Assembly: GCA_010093605.1 (NCBI GenBank)
Contig: MU004192.1
Coordinates: 64,563-128,562 of the forward strand
Reading direction: 5' to 3'
Source of the DNA: Lophium mytilinum
Lineage: Eukaryota
Length of the DNA stretch: 64,000 nt
Positions 62,351 to 64,000 of the stretch are shown piece after piece (the stretch's first letter is position 1; each line of letters begins with the position of its first letter). The translations under genes were made by a program, and so were the position numbers. The notes under the pieces were generated by a model, which made no database searches, had not been told where the DNA came from, and worked only from the letters and a program-made list of their open reading frames with translations.

Positions 62351-64000
62351 ATGATCCTTCATTCCAGCCCTCACCAACTACAACCTCAACCTCTCCACCT
62401 CGTCAAGCAAACGCCCGTGAGAGGATTCAGACGGCGGCCTACGTCTCGCAGACCATCAGACGCCCATTCGTATCCGCAAGAGGCATCTCAGTTCAGGCTA
62501 GCCTCGTCTACTCGGGCTTCGCCAGCATTCTCAGTCCCATCCCCTATCAATGCATCCGGTGTGATTACGGCTACCAATCGTGGTACGTTCGGACTCGAAG
62601 CACAAGATATAATCAGCCAAAAGCCTAGCGATACCCCGCTCAAGGTTCGCAAAGTACGGGGCCGTGGAGCATCTAGATCCGACTCGGCGCAAAGCATTGC
62701 CAGCAACTCTTCTTACGCAAATCCTACTAATCCTATATCTTCTTACGCAACCCAAGAGCCCCATGCGGTAACTGTATGCAGGTCGATGCAGTCCCTCCCG
62801 AGGTCCTCCAGTGTCTCCCTGGAGAACTCCGACCCCAGTTTGCACAGTCAAGCAGTACAATCTACCAGTACGCTTGGGGAACATTCAAACACAATATCTG
62901 GTGGTCAGATCACTCCAAAGCAGACTACGAGTTCGCCAAGGATAACTCCAAAAAGACGCACGTCAACGAAAAGAAGAGTCCTTACGAGAATGCTTGGAGG
63001 CTTTCAGACAAAGTCGAAAACTCCACCTCGGCAACGCAGCGGTCAATCTGAGAGCAGTCTTTCTCGTAGGCTTTCGGGCAAAAGCGAATCCACTGACACG
63101 AGCTGTTCCAAGAGCCCCACTACCGTTGCTCAATCCACCAGTACACTGATAACCAACCAGTCGAGTTACAATCTACTCGAGAGGTATTTCCTCTCCCCAG
63201 CACACAGCTATGCTAGGGAATCACACTGTGAAAGGATTCTACCGACAGTGACTAGTTTCTAGTCTTTATTCTTACTACAGCAACACATTCTTTGCTACGG
63301 AATTATGTTAACATCACTTTCAGTCCGCGAACACCAAAAAGCGACCGTGTTACTTCCGCACCTCCGCCTTCGCCTTCAACTCCAAGCGATGTCGGATTGT
63401 CAAATGCTGGCAATGCCCATTCGCAATCCGTCCCTCCTTTCAACAAGCCTGAATACCCACCTCTACTGAACTTGGAGCTGAGCTTCATCGCCGAGGTAGA
63501 GAGCCTTGATTGCAAAACGGAGAAAACTATATGGGTAGCCATAGAAGGGAAGGGAGCAGCTGAGCCTCCTATATCTGGGGCTAGGAAAAGGCTACTCGGA
63601 CTCGATGTTGTCATAGTTATCGACAATTCGTAAGTTAGATTATTCTCTCCGAGCCATGCCTTGCGTGAGAAATATCGCCAACATCTGCAGTCATACTTCC
63701 TCTCAAGACTGTCTCGACAACGCACACAAAAATGTCATCGTTCTGGCAGAGCTATTGAATCGTCCCAACGATCGACTCGCGGTATTTTGCACGCATTGCC
63801 AGCACCGGGTCCAGGATTCAGAAAGTCTCACCGGATGCCACCTGCACCCTCTCCAGGAGCCGTGCGTGCAAGCTTTGAGAGAGGAGCTACAGTCCATCAA
63901 AGACCGTCCGATACGGCCCTTCAGACGTTCCCCGCCACTTGACGAGATTGTCGGTGCTGCTATACGAGTTCTCGCTCAGTCGGCTAGCTCGAGAATGGAA
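62351..64000 (+). CDS. Hypothetical protein with Ser-rich N-terminus and vWA-like domain; runs off the right edge
   Basis: Exons approximately 62351-63183, 63281-63628 and 63691 onward; IWVAIEG and LDVVIVIDNS (vWA first-strand-like), DRLAVFCTHC. Confidence 0.65.

Overview
Intron-containing genomic DNA from a filamentous ascomycete (Pezizomycotina; class not resolvable from the sequence). It has GT-AG introns with CTAAC/CTGAC branch sites and about 20 protein-coding loci. In order: an F-box/WD40 gene (FWD-1/beta-TrCP-like, runs off the left edge), a GH5 exo-beta-1,3-glucanase, a disrupted GH35 beta-galactosidase, a secreted PAN-domain/class II-type heme peroxidase, a CorA-like membrane/zinc-finger-like fusion gene, a DHA2-type MFS transporter, an Asp/Glu-racemase-family gene divergent from a PhyH dioxygenase, a hypothetical gene, a hybrid histidine kinase, a GPI-anchored Cys-rich protein, SPB4, DGK1, a DHA1 MFS transporter divergent from a Zn2Cys6 factor, uaY, an uncharacterised possibly secreted protein, a gene-poor stretch (48-54 kb), another MFS transporter, a UEV/AKTIP-like gene and a vWA-like gene running off the right edge. 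The most striking non-genic structure is a 712-bp foldback element (58643-59354) with 41-bp perfect TIRs, nested internal inverted repeats and an exact 9-bp target-site duplication, i.e. Mutator-like. Also notable: a six-copy TCGGATNT array in the MFS/Zn2Cys6 divergent promoter, an apparent in-frame helix deletion in the third MFS gene, and single in-frame TAG codons in two genes. No rRNA, tRNA or CRISPR was seen. Family calls come from motif recognition by eye, not database searches, and exon boundaries are manual.
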